A stretch of 58,085 bases of DNA, counting the filler, from Sphacelaria rigidula (lineage: Eukaryota), in the NCBI GenBank assembly GCA_964200075.2. It is 5 parts of 5 records of this genome, joined end to end, with 100 filler letters (N's around TTAATTAATTAA, not from the genome) between each part and the next. Parts side by side here need not be neighbours in the genome. Positions count along the whole stretch, not along the records: positions 46,550 to 58,085 come from CAXNAA020004819.1; 4 more parts are not named here. The stretch is one strand, 5' to 3'. Under the pieces are notes generated by a model, which was given only the letters and a program-made list of their open reading frames with translations, had not been told where the DNA came from and made no database searches. How positions within the stretch are numbered: position 1 is the first letter of the stretch; each line of letters begins with the position of its first letter. This document shows positions 46,643-58,085 of the stretch, one piece after another. The translations under genes and the position numbers were made by a program.

Positions 46643-49600
46643 GCTTGTCAGGGGGCATAGCATACGTGATACACGGGAGCACCTCACTCAGGCCAATAGC
46701 ACACCCGAAGCTTGACTTTGGCTATAAGCACGGTCTTCTGTCTATCCGCCCTCTCTTCAATGTGTCTTCCAACTCCGCCACAACAACTTCCAACGTCGAC
46801 TTCTTATTGACAATTAAAGTCCTCTCTTCCCCGCCCCTGTCTTCGCTTTCAAGCGTACCCCCGAGGCGACGAGAAATCTCTAGCTCGCCTTCCTCAACAG
46901 GCCAGCCCTTCCACCCACCTGCCTCGACTCCAACGGCCAGCCCTCCCACCCCGCGGCCTTTCGACCCCCTCGGATGCAAATTTCGCCCGCCACCACGCGA
47001 ATAATATCTGACGCACGGAGTATACCGCTCAAGGCGAAAACAAATCCCGACCTCGACTTCAATAAGCCAGCCCATCTTCCCCTTCCTTATCCGCATACGC
47101 CATTTCCGCCTGCCGCAAGACATACGACAGGTAGTACCCTACCTGGGGCGAAGACTATCCGCTACTTCGACTCACCCCTCAGCCAGCCCTCGCCCTTTCC
47201 CATCTGCTCTCCCATGCCTACATTACCCAGGGCGACAACAAATCTCAACTCCCTCACTGCCCCTTTCTGAGCGAATCCCGCTTGTCAAGGAGCATACCAT
47301 ACGTGATACACACGGGAGCACCCCACGCAAGCCAAAAGCAAATCCGGAGGTTGACATTGGCTATAAGCACGCTCTCCTGCCTCTCCGTCTTTTCTTTAAT
47401 GTGTCTTCCAAACACGCCACAACAACCTCCAACTTCGACTCCTTATTCACGATCAAGTCCCCCCTCTTCCCCGCTCCCGTCTCCACTTCAACTCGCATAC
47501 CACAGAGGCGACGAGGAATCTCGCAAGCTTGACTTCCTCAACAGGCCAGCCCTTCCCCCACGCGCCCGACTCCAACGGCCAGCCCTCCCGCGACGACCCC
47601 CCCCTTCCCCCTCCCCGATGCAAATGTCGCCCGCCACCATGCATACAACATTTGACACACGGAGTATACAACCCAGGGCGACAACACATCCCAACCTCGA
47701 CTTCCTCGACAAGCCAGCTTTTCTTCCCCTTCCCCATCCGCATACGTCATTTCCGCCGGCCGCAAGACATACGACAGGGGAAATCCTACCTAGGGCAACG
47801 ATCATCCGCAAATTCGACATCTGCATGAGCCAGCACTCTTCCTTTCTCACCTGCCCTCTCATGCCTACACTACCCATGGCGACATCGAATCTTAACTCTC
47901 TCACTGCCCCTTTCTAGGCGAACTCCGCCAGTCAAGGGGTACACCACACGTGATACACGGAGTATCTCACGCATGCCAAAAGCAAATCTAATGTTTGGTT
48001 TTCGCTACAAGCACACTCTCCTGTCTCTCCGCCCTCCCTCACATGCGTATGCCAACCACGCCACGACAAACATCAACGTCGACTCCCCATTCACGATCAA
48101 GTCCCCTCCCTTCCCCGAGCGCGTCTCCACTTCTACGCGTACACCACCGAGGCGACGTGGAATTCCAACTTCGGCCTCCTCAACACGCAAGCCCTTCCTT
48201 CCCCTTCTCCATGCGCATTCGTCATTTCCGCCTGCTTCGAGACATGCGATAGTATTCACATCGAGGGCGACGACCATCCGCAACTTCGACTTCACCACCA
48301 AGCAGCCCTGTCCCTCCCCCACCTGCCCTCTCATGCCTACACTACTCAGGGCGACAAAAAATCTCAAGTCCCTCACTGCCCCTTTCTGAGCGAACTCCGC
48401 CTGTCGAAGGGTATACCATACGTGATGCACGGAGTATCCTACGCAGGCCAAAAGCAAATCCGAAGATTGACTTCCGCTACAAGCACATTCTCCTCTCTCC
48501 GCCCCCCCTCACATGCGTATACCAACCACGTCACAACAACCTTCGCGACCAGAAATCTCGAGCTTGACTTTCTCAACAGGCCAGCCCTTCCCCCCACCTG
48601 CACCGACGCCAACGATCAGCTATCCCACTCCGCGGCCTCTCGCCCACCTCTGATGCAGATCTCGCCTTCCACCACGCATACAGCATTCGACACACGGAGT
48701 ATAACACCTAGGGCGACAACAAACCTCAACCTCGACTTACCCAACACGCAGAAGCCCTTCTTCCCTTTCCCCAGCCTTATACGCCATTTCCGCCGGCCGC
48801 AACACATACGACAGGGTAGTATCCCATCGAGGGCGACGCCCATCCGCAACTTCGACATCTCCATTAGCCAGCCCTCTCCCTTTCCCAGCTGCCCTCTCAT
48901 GCCTACACTACCCAGGGCGACATCAAATCCCAACTCCTTCACTGCCCCTTTCTAGGCGAACTCTGCTTGTCAAGAAGCATACCACACGTGATATATGGAG
49001 TATCCCTCGCAAGCCAAAAGCAAATCCGAAACTTGACTTCCGCTAGGAGCACACTCTCCTGTCTTTCCGCCCTCCTAACATGCGAATGCCGATCACGGCA
49101 CGACAAACTATAACAACGACTCCTTATTCACGATCAAGCCCTCTCCCTTCCCCGCCCCCGTCACCACTTCCGCGCGTACACGAAGCGACGAGAAATCCCA
49201 ACTTCGGCTTCCTCAACACACAAGCCCTTCCTTCCCCTTTCCCATCTGCATACGCCATTTCCACCTACCGCAAGACATATACGGGTAGTATCCCATCGAG
49301 GGCGACGCCCATCCGCAACTTCAGCCCCCTCCCCTTCCCACCTGCGATCGCTTACGTACGATACGCAAGGCGACAGCACACCTCAGCTCCCTTGCAGCCC
49401 TCTCCGATGCGAATCGCGCCTGCCACGAGGCAAACAGTATTTGGTATGCCAAGTATACCATCCGGGGCGACAACAACTCCCAAGCTCGACTTTCTCAACA
49501 AGCATGCCCTCCACCCTTTCCGACCACACTGCCACGCATCCATCACTCAGGGCGAGAACAATTCCCGAGCTCAAATCCTCCACAATCTAACCTCTTCCTT

Positions 49601-51000
49601 CCCGCCCCCTGTCCATAAAGAATGCCACAGGTGACAAACGAAGTGTCCGGCGAAGGTCCACAACGAACCACAAACACGACTGACTCCCTACGCAAGGAAG
49701 CTCTCCTACTTCCCCGCGTCCACTTCCACGCGAATGGTCCCCAGGTCGGCAAAATATATCAAGCTTGTTCTTCTCCACAAGCAAGCCGTTCTTCCGCCGC
49801 CTCCACTCACACACGTACGCCACTGAGGCCACATCAAACCCCGAGTTCGTCTTCCTCAACGAGTCACCCCCCTCTCTCAGGCCATTTGACCTCCATTTTA
49901 CGTATATTTTGCCTGCCACGCGGCACATAATAGGGTCAAGATTTGCAGGCACACAGTGCAAATGTACACCCAGAGATACAACCTCTCCCGAGCACGGCTT
50001 TCTCCCCACGCAAGCCCTCGTTCTCGTGCTCTGCCCGCCCTCACATAGCACTTTTGCATACCATAAGACTCACCATAGATGGGATGTGTTGCACACCACG
50101 CGGGGCGGAACGAATTTTCTACCTCGACCCCGTCGTCACAAGCAGATCCCCACCCTCGCCCGCTCCTCTCCCCTGCTCCTATGCAAAGTCCGCCCGACAC
50201 GAAACATACCATACATGACCGAGGTATTGTAGTATTTCACTCAAGGCGAAGATATTCGGCGAGCTCAACTTCCACAGACAAGCTCCCATCCTACTGCTCC
50301 CCGCACCTACATGTCGATGCCCCTTGCCATGAGGCGTACCGAAGATGATATACGCCGTGTACCACACACGACAAAACGAATTCGCTACCTCGACCCGCTC
50401 TCCACAAACACTTCCAACCTGTCCCCCCTCCCCTACCACGCGAATTCCGCCTTTCACACGGCATACCATAGATGATTGATGTAGTATATCACCCGGGGCA
50501 AAAACATTCCCCGAGCTCGACTCCCTCCGCAACAAAACTACTATTCCCCGGTCCTCTCCCCTATCCGCCAATTCCGTCTGCCACGAGGCGTACCATAAGT
50601 GGTATACGGACTATACCATTCAGGGTAAAACAAATGTTCATGCTCGACTCTCTCCACAAGTAACCTCTTCGCCCGTGTCCTCTGTCCCGATCTACTTGGT
50701 CTCTGCCAGCCGCGAGGCATATGAAATAGAACGGCCTCTTCCACAAGTCAGTCCTTCCACCTCCCCGCCCGCCCATCCTATGCTAGTTTCGCCCGCCACG
50801 AGGTGTACCGTAGTTGACTTACGTAGCACATCACCCAGGATGAAACAATGTTTTATGCCCGACTCTCTCTACACTCAAGCCTTTTCCTCTGCGCCCACTA
50901 CCCCTCTTCCTACCCTCATTCCGCCTGACACAATGCCTATGATGGTCATCCAGGGCTACAAAGAAGCCCAAGTTCGATTACCTCAACGTGCAAAGCGTCC
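46643..51000. repeat. Hierarchical C-rich tandem array: five 470-650-bp higher-order units decaying into ~125-bp monomers
   Basis: Unit starts (cgcttgtca..ggcatac.atacgtgatacacgg) at ~46643, 47279, 47925, 48398 and 48964. The first four units end cactgcccctttct(ga/ag). The internal motif ggcgac...ctcgacttcctcaac recurs and continues with ~125-bp spacing to ~50970. Confidence 0.9.
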
Positions 51001-53029
51001 CACTGCCCAAAAAATCCCGTTTCAGCCACTGCATCGGCTCGTTTTCTTAATGCCAGGTGAGCGATGTAAGGGCCACGTGACACAATACTACTGCGCACGA
51101 CACCACCTAAATTTTCGTCAAAGCAACACTTCCACGCTCGTGTGTGGGTGCGTGGTGTGGTGGGGCAAGGTCAACCGCTGCTCTTGACAACTCGTATGCT
51201 GTTGCCACTAAATGAACTGATCCGACGGCCACCATCACATCATGACACAAACAAGCTCGCGACTTTTTTGCCGGCTCGGAAGTCTAACTCAAAAACTGCA
51301 CCATTGATGCATATATCGTTTATGAACAAATCTTTTTCAGCTGCTTCTGCTCTCCACTTTCCTTTTCTACCATCATGTCTCAAGTTGACCGATATATCAA
51401 AAGGCCTTCACCACCAATTGTCTTCATCGCCTTCAGCATCAGAACCTCAGCTCCCCAACTAGGACGGTGAATGCCGCAGCTTGTAAAACGCACCCGACCG
51501 CCTCAACGGCCAGCCCAGCTGCCAGCATCACACCGTACACCGTAGTAGACAGAGCATCTGATGCGCGACCTCCACAACCGAGCTGAACATCAACCAACGA
51601 CAAAATAGGGCGGCGGGGCGGGGAGATGTTTAGCTTGTTTGGGTTTCATATCATTTCTCTTCGTTGTACGCCAACTTTGGCCCCTTTACCACGCAGATAT
51701 GTCCATCTATTGAGTCAGCATCACCTTTACTAGAACAATGAGAGTCATATGCATATCTCGACCCTGCAGCGCCGAAAGGAGTAACCCCCCCGCCGCTTTT
51801 CTCTGTGCGCGTTCGTCGTCCCAAATCCATGTCAATCACCTCACGAGACACACGACCCTCAAACAACAACAATCAATGATTGGATAAATAAAGACAGATT
51901 AGGAGTAAATCGAGGGAAACCAATCACCTCCCGACACTCGCGGAGCCTCATGCCGTTCTTGGTTCCGGCCTTTTTCTCCTCCGCCTCTCTTCCCTCTCCG
52001 CCCAACACACTACTTTTTTCCCTCCTCTAAGAGCGACTTCATTGGTCAACCACAGCGGCGAGGACGGCGGGGAAGCGCAACAAGAGATATACTGTGAGAA
52101 GGAAGAAGGAGAAAGAAGGAGAATGTTGACACATACGTTTCATATATACACACATTTACACATATACAGTTGTCGTCGATGCGACAATTGGTGCAAGGAG
52201 GATAGTCGCAAGGGGCGAACGGTTGTGGATTAGTTTGCCATCGTTACGTTTTCCGAAGGACAAGGAGGAAGAGGAGGAAGAAGAGGCGAAGGACAAGGAG
52301 AGGGAGGAGCAGGAGCAGGGGATGTGCTTGGCGAAGAGGGAGGGAAGTATACATGACACGGCTTGGTACAGCGTACTGACACACTTCCCTCTCCTCCTTA
52401 GCAGCGAATTTTCCCCTGACCTTGCTTCTCGCGGCCAAGTCTGACCGCGAACCTTTTGCCGGGTGTGGGCGGCGCCCCTCCCTCTGCGACGCGCAATTTC
52501 CCTCTTAAACCTTGTGGGGTCCCGTCGCCCCTCCACCTTCCGCCGCCTCCAACACCGAATGGCAACGCCAACGTACCCTTCATGTGAGCTGTTTTTGTGC
52601 GAGGACAGTTGTACGTGCAAACAGCAAACAATGAGACGAGCTGGTTGGTTTCTTCCATTTCACTGTATCCGACTTCTTTCGATTCACGCTACCACATCCA
52701 CCATCCTCAAGGCGCGGAGGTTATCGCCTAGCTGGTGGGTCGGGGAGGTGAAACATGGGACGAGATACCTGTGTATGTGTGTGCGAGAGATTATGGGGAT
52801 AAGGATGAACTCAAGTGAGAAGTGTGGACGGGTACAGCGCTGGAGCGCTGCGATCCAGCTTGGTGTCTCACGATACTCCGGTGACGGCTCGGACAGTGAC
52901 TCAATGACCCGAGGGGAGACGTTACATCCATCGCTTTTATGAGGACATTTTCAAAAGGTTGCGGAGGGAACGATATCCCGTCGCTCGTGCGTAGGCGTGT
53001 TTAGGCCAAGAATGTACCAATATTTATAT

Positions 53030-53105
53030 TGGGGGGACGGGGGGGTACTCATTCGTTGCTTGCCTTAGTCGTTCGACCATCAACCACGTGTCTTTCTCGC
53101 ATGGC
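53030..53105 (-). mobile_element. Short LINE 3'-end fragment with C-tail
   Basis: Reverse complement reads gatggtcgaacgactaaggcaagcaacgaatgagtaccccccgtcccccc. Confidence 0.8.
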
Positions 53106-53399
53106 TTCCATTGAGACGAAGGCCACGTGAAAACAAATGAAACAACACATTAGGAGCAAGACCGCGGTAGTAGGATGCGATGCAGCTATCTGGGGAGCAC
53201 ACTAGTGTAGGCAGGGAATCTCACTCACGCGAGCTCAGCAGGAGCGGGACGAACAATCTACGGGTAATACGTCCCTGAAAAACTAGTAGAAAATATACAT
53301 AAAAAGAAAGATGACGAAAATAAGAACATGAAAAAAAGCGTGGAGAGGGGGAAACCAAAAGGGAAGAAAAGGGAACTAGAGAGAGCGAGAGAGGGGAGG

Positions 53400-56340
53400 G
53401 GGGAAGGAGTACATATTTGTTGCTTGCCTTAGTCGTTCGACCATTGACCACGCATCCCTTTCGAGACGGAGCACCGCTCCTACACCTAATAGAGACACCC
53501 CCAACATTTAGGTGCCCATTACGTTTCTTCCATACATTACACAAAAACCGTTTACATATCTCATCCCCGTCCTGTTTCGCCAGCCATCGCTTTCTCGCTA
53601 CAGTATTGTCTAATGCATCAAACGGTGCCATGCCACCTTCCTTCACGTCCCGCATTTCCCTCCCTAGCACGTCCCGTTCCGCCTTGTGTAGTTCACATTC
53701 TGCCACTATAGGACTTCTGCTCTCTATTGCTTTGTTACAGAGGCAATTCTGTCCACCTTCTTCCTCGTCCTTTCGACGACTGGTGTCTATCCTCTCATCA
53801 CAGCTTCCCACAACGTTTCCCAAACCCATTTCTCCAGACTGTGTCATAAGCCTTGTGCACATCCAAAAAGAAACAGTGCGTTGTCAGCCTGGTGTCTTTC
53901 CTACCCTGAATAATCTTACTTAGTGTGTATAGTACAGATGGTCTACGCAACTACGGTTTGGTCTAAATCTTGCTTGTCCCTCGCTGATTTTCTCTCCCTT
54001 TTCTAGCACCGCTCCTACTCTATCGTTCAGAATCTTACAGAACGTTTTCCCTACCGTGCTCAGTAGAGTTACCCCTCTATAGTTTCCTGGGTCAGCCATA
54101 TCTTCTTTTTTGATAAGATTGACGATTACTCCTTCTCTCCACCTCTTGGGGTGTGTACTCGTTTTCCCAGATCCAGTTATACAGCACCCCATCATGGTAA
54201 TCACTGCCTCTCCCCCGTACTTTATAAATTCATTCACCATTTCGTCTGCCCCTGCTCCCTTTCTGTTCTTGAATTTAGCCACGTACTCCTTTACTTCATC
54301 TCTGGTAAACTCTCTCTGCAATTCTGTCGAGCCTCTTATCCTCCCGTTTTGACGTCTCTACATTTGCCTCTGCCCACGCGTTGATTTCGTTTTCGAATTC
54401 TATGTCTTACTCCGTGGTTGTTTTTGGTGTTCCTAGTTTACCGTAGTGCTCGACTAGCACTTCTCTCTTCCCCTTTGAAATACTGACCATTTTACCGTTC
54501 TGTGCCCCGAAGATAGCTATCCCCTTGTCTACCTTCCCTGCCTGGTTTCTCGTTATCCCCTTTATCCCTGTCCACATTTGTTGAATCCCGCCGTCGAAAT
54601 CTTCATTTGTTTTCTTCACTACACCTTCGCATACTCCCTTCTTTTTCTGCTGTGTCATTTTTTACTTCCTTTCGAGCTTCAGTATACTCCTCCCGTCCTC
54701 CCGTAGTTTTACTCGATATCCATCTCGCGTGGGCCTCTCTCCTTATTCTTATAACCTCTTTCACTTCCTCATCCCATCATTTTACTGCTCTATTGCATAC
54801 GATCAGTTTTGTCCCTATGACTTCACTCGCTGTGTTCTTGACCAGCTGCTCCCATCCTTCTACAATCTTCGCTCCTGCCCGATTTCTTTTCGGTATTGAA
54901 TGTTCCTAGGCGGCCCAACAACTCGGAAATGTTCAATGTACTTTTGGCCATCTTTTCGTGGAACTCTTGCCGGGTTTTTTTCATATCTAGTCCATCGATT
55001 CTCCATTTGTACAGCTTCCTACCCCGCCTATTCCAATTAGCTCTCGCCTGTTGGCCTTCTGTCCATGTTAGGCAATGATCTGTGGTTCCCACGTCCTCCG
55101 CACATACATGTACTTCCATTTCTTCACTATTCCCATGCTCTACCACTATATAGTCCAGAACAGAACGTTCTATCTCGTTTTTGCCTTTTCTAGCCCATGT
55201 CCATTGCGCCTCTGGCTTCAGTACTCTATCGTTCAGCGTCTTCATCTCGTTATGCTCAAGGAACTTCAACATTTCTACCCCAATCGAATTCTTATCTTCC
55301 CCGTATTGTCGAATGATATCATCCGGTTGACGTGCTCTTCCCTTTCTTGCATTAAAATCTCCCACTAACATTACTTCTCCTTACCTTTTATACTCACGTA
55401 CATCGGCGACTATCTCTCCAAACCTCCGTTGTATATTGTTCACCCTACTCTTCGATTCTGGGGGCATGTAAATGTTACCTACGAAGAATTTCTTCGTTCC
55501 CCGCTTTGCTGGTACTCTTAGCCATATGCTCTCGTCGAATTGCGTGTCGCCGATCACTTCTATACTGTCGCACAGATATCCCTTGACTAAGAATCCTACC
55601 CCCCCGCGCTCCCCTGCTCTTGAACTTTTGTCACTTCCGCTTCTTCCCTATCCATGCGTAACCTTCAACTTTGCATCCTATTTCCGCCACCTGTTTCTCC
55701 CATGACTCTTGGATTCCTACTATATCTAGGTCGTGTTTACCAACTTGTTGCGCTATTTCTTCTCTATTGCGCTTGTCCGTGACGAACTCACACACGTTCC
55801 ACGATCCTGTTCTTAACTTCCTTTCCGAATCATTATTTGCTCTCGTGTTGTCTACTGTTCTCTCTCCGTCGCTTTTTCTTCTACTTTCCCTTGCTTGGTT
55901 ATTCTTCCCGTTTCTGCGTTGGTCTTTGCCTATTTGCTTCGGGCCGCTATGTTCCCTCCCCTTCCCCTTTCGGACACTCGCCTGTTCCTGCCTCTCTTCC
56001 CCTCCGTTTACCCGTGCACTACGCCTTAGGTTTGTTACTCCGTCAGCGATGCTTACTTTCCGCCCGTACTCTTCCAACCCATGCCGACACGTTGCTGGTC
56101 TGTATCCTTTCCCATTCCTTGCCCGCGCTCTGTTTGATCGTGACTCGGAAGTGTTCTGCCTCCCTTTTTACTTTCCCTCCTGCCAAGCAGTATCGTCCAA
56201 CTCCATTGGATTTCATTCTAAACTCTATTCTTGCATATCCCTACGAATTCCGAATGCCAGCACTACAAGTACTTGACGCGTCCACTCTTTACTTCTCCAT
56301 CCGTCCTTCCTTACCGTCTCTATCTCGATCTACTTCGAGA
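53400..56340 (-). mobile_element. Non-LTR retrotransposon (APE endonuclease + RT + C-terminal Cys motif), decayed and internally deleted
   Basis: APE: GSWNV, DIVGIQESW, GGVGFLV, NIYMPP, VGDFNA, SVLDYI, TDHC. RT N-terminal part: KGAGADEMVNEFIK, PGNYRGVTLLSTVGK, QARFRPNRSCVDH, FFLDVHKAYDTVWR. The sequence then jumps at ~53800 to the C-terminus (CLC...ES...VAEC...VWKKR). QG and YADD motifs are absent. The 5' boundary is approximate. Confidence 0.93.
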
Positions 56341-57299
56341 TAATCTCAATCGTAATCATTACGAGTGTATTGGTGCGATGTAGTCAACGTACTGAGATAT
56401 CCCAATCCGAGTACTTGTTGGGGATCTGGTGCTTTTTAGTACTTTTGCTGGCTCACCGACACTAAATTATGCCTCCAACACGGGCTCGTAGCCTGAAGCC
56501 AAGTTCAACACCTTTGACACAGGTACCCCACGTTTGCGCCAGGCAATCTTCATGGTAAACCATCCAGGCGTCCTACGATCGTATCCTTTTATCTTCTTGC
56601 CCCGTTGCTGTACTGGTTAATTTCCTCCAGGGAAGTCATTTTCACCGTGTAAGGTGCCAGGGCTGCTTGAATAACATAAGGTCTTACTCACATCGAGATG
56701 TCCCGGACATCGCTTTTCCCACTCCGTGTATGGTTCACCATGGGTCGCTACTCCACTAATGCTTCCGAGTATACCTTCGCTGCCGAAAGGTTGGCAAACG
56801 GTTCCCCCACACTTTGTACCAGCTTCTATGCTTCAATATCTCAAGAAGTCTACGTACCGCTTGGTGCTCCTTCTCGTGGGTCATGTGGTCGGTCATCGGT
56901 AAGGTGTCTGTTTTATGAGTGCAGTACGTCTTGACGCTTACGTGACGCCCTCCCTCCATTGGGCGCTTTTTGCACATGATGTCGGAAATTTCAGGAAAAT
57001 GGCAGACCAGACTTTCACCGCCCGATGGAAACCGGTAAGGTTTTACGGGTATCTCACCACGAGACCCCGACTTCCATATGAATTCAACATGGAGGGGGTA
57101 ATGAACCTACCTTATCTGTACTGGTTATATCTTCTGTACTTTCGATTTGCATGTAAGGTGGTCAACCTTCACGCTTTTTCTTACTTGTCTAGGTTTTGGT
57201 TTTATTCTTGTCTTATCTTTGTTTTGATGGGGGGAGGGGGGGAACATCGGTTGTTTCCCGTCTTGATATGGGAAAGTATATATGTATGATTTTTTTTAC

Positions 57300-57830
57300 T
57301 ATTCCACGTCTATGTTCGGACTGTGCCATGGTAGTTTAAAAAACAAGGAGGGTCAGCTTCTTTATTTCATGTCCATGACCGAGCTGTGTTATGGCAGGTT
57401 GAAGAAAAAGGAGGGTCAGCTTCTCTGTTTCATATTTATGTCCGGGCTGTGTTATGGCAGTTTGAAGAACAAGGAGGGTCAGCTTCTCTATTTCATGTCT
57501 ACGTCCGGGCTGTGTTATGGTAGGTTAAATAAAAAGGGAGGCTTAGCTTATCTATTTCATGTCTATATCCGGGCTGTGTCATGGTAGGTTGAATAAAAAA
57601 GATGGTTAGCTTCGTCATTTCATATCTATGTCCGGGCTATGTTGTGGTAGGTTCAAGAAAAAGCAGGGTTAACTTTCTGGTTTCATGTCCATGTTCGGGC
57701 TGTGTTATGGTAGGTTAAAGAAAAGTTAGGGTTAGCTCTTCTATTTCATGTCCATGTCCGGGCTGTGTTATGGTAGCGGGAAAAAAAAAGAAAAAAAAAC
57801 AGCAGCTTTGTTATATCATGTCTGTACCTG
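57300..57830. repeat. ~63-bp minisatellite, ~8 copies
   Basis: ttcatgtctatgtccgggctgtgttatggtaggtt...agggtcagctt at ~63-bp spacing. Confidence 0.93.
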
Positions 57831-57975
57831 TATTGTGTTTTTCTGAGGGGAAAGAAAATTGGTTATTCATGTTTTTGCATGTCTGGTGTGTTTGTCGGTC
57901 CAGGACCTTATTTTGTCCAGTGGCGATTTATGGTACAGGTACGGTGACAGTCTGTGCATTTCATGTCTAGGTTCT

Positions 57976-58085
57976 GGTGACTTGTTTTACAGCGTCGGTG
58001 CCACTCGACACCAACCCAAGAGTCTTGACGTGAGGATGTACTCATGATCATGCATGCCATAGTCATCAGACCATTGACCTCGCAT
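57976..58085 (-). mobile_element. Family C tail joined to a family C head fragment at scaffold end
   Basis: Minus strand reads ...gactatggcatgcatgatcatgagtacatcc (tail), then ttgggttggtgtcgagtggcaccgacgctgtaaaacaag (head). Confidence 0.7.

Noticed and set aside
57282-57587. 21-aa repeat protein (SGLCYGRLKKKEGQLLYFMSM)
   Set aside because: Simply the translation of a 63-bp minisatellite; later units contain stops.

Overview
This is eukaryotic nuclear DNA with spliceosomal GT-AG introns, most likely from a brown alga (Phaeophyceae). That assignment is inferred from the short exons in multi-kb repeat-filled introns, the G/C homopolymer runs and the style of the SINEs; I cannot prove it without a search. 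The window is not one locus. It consists of five probably unrelated scaffolds of near-identical, descending length (1-11539, 11640-23177, 23278-34813, 34914-46449, 46550-58085), joined by 100-bp N44-TTAATTAATTAA-N44 spacers. Scaffold 1 has the first two exons of WDR83/MORG1 (-). Its second intron appears to hold a decayed Ty1/copia element, with a Stowaway-like MITE in gag, plus a tRNA-derived SINE. Three exons of a KOBITO1-like/GT2-like glycosyltransferase (+) lie divergently. Scaffold 2 has an internally deleted mariner-type element, a ~140-bp satellite, a recent 1.1-kb direct duplication and a foldback-like repeat. Scaffold 3 has a 7-exon protein kinase pseudogene (-) with a very large acidic insert between subdomains IX and XI and duplicated or inverted exon copies. 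Scaffold 4 has three exons of a long-chain acyl-CoA synthetase (-) with repeat-filled introns. Scaffold 5 has a hierarchical tandem array, an internally deleted APE-RT LINE and a 63-bp minisatellite. The most interesting signal is a LINE and a ~0.5-kb non-autonomous partner that share a 3' stem-loop tail ending in C-runs instead of poly(A). They appear to insert into G/C-rich tracts and into each other's tails. All calls were made by eye with no database search, and repeat boundaries are approximate.
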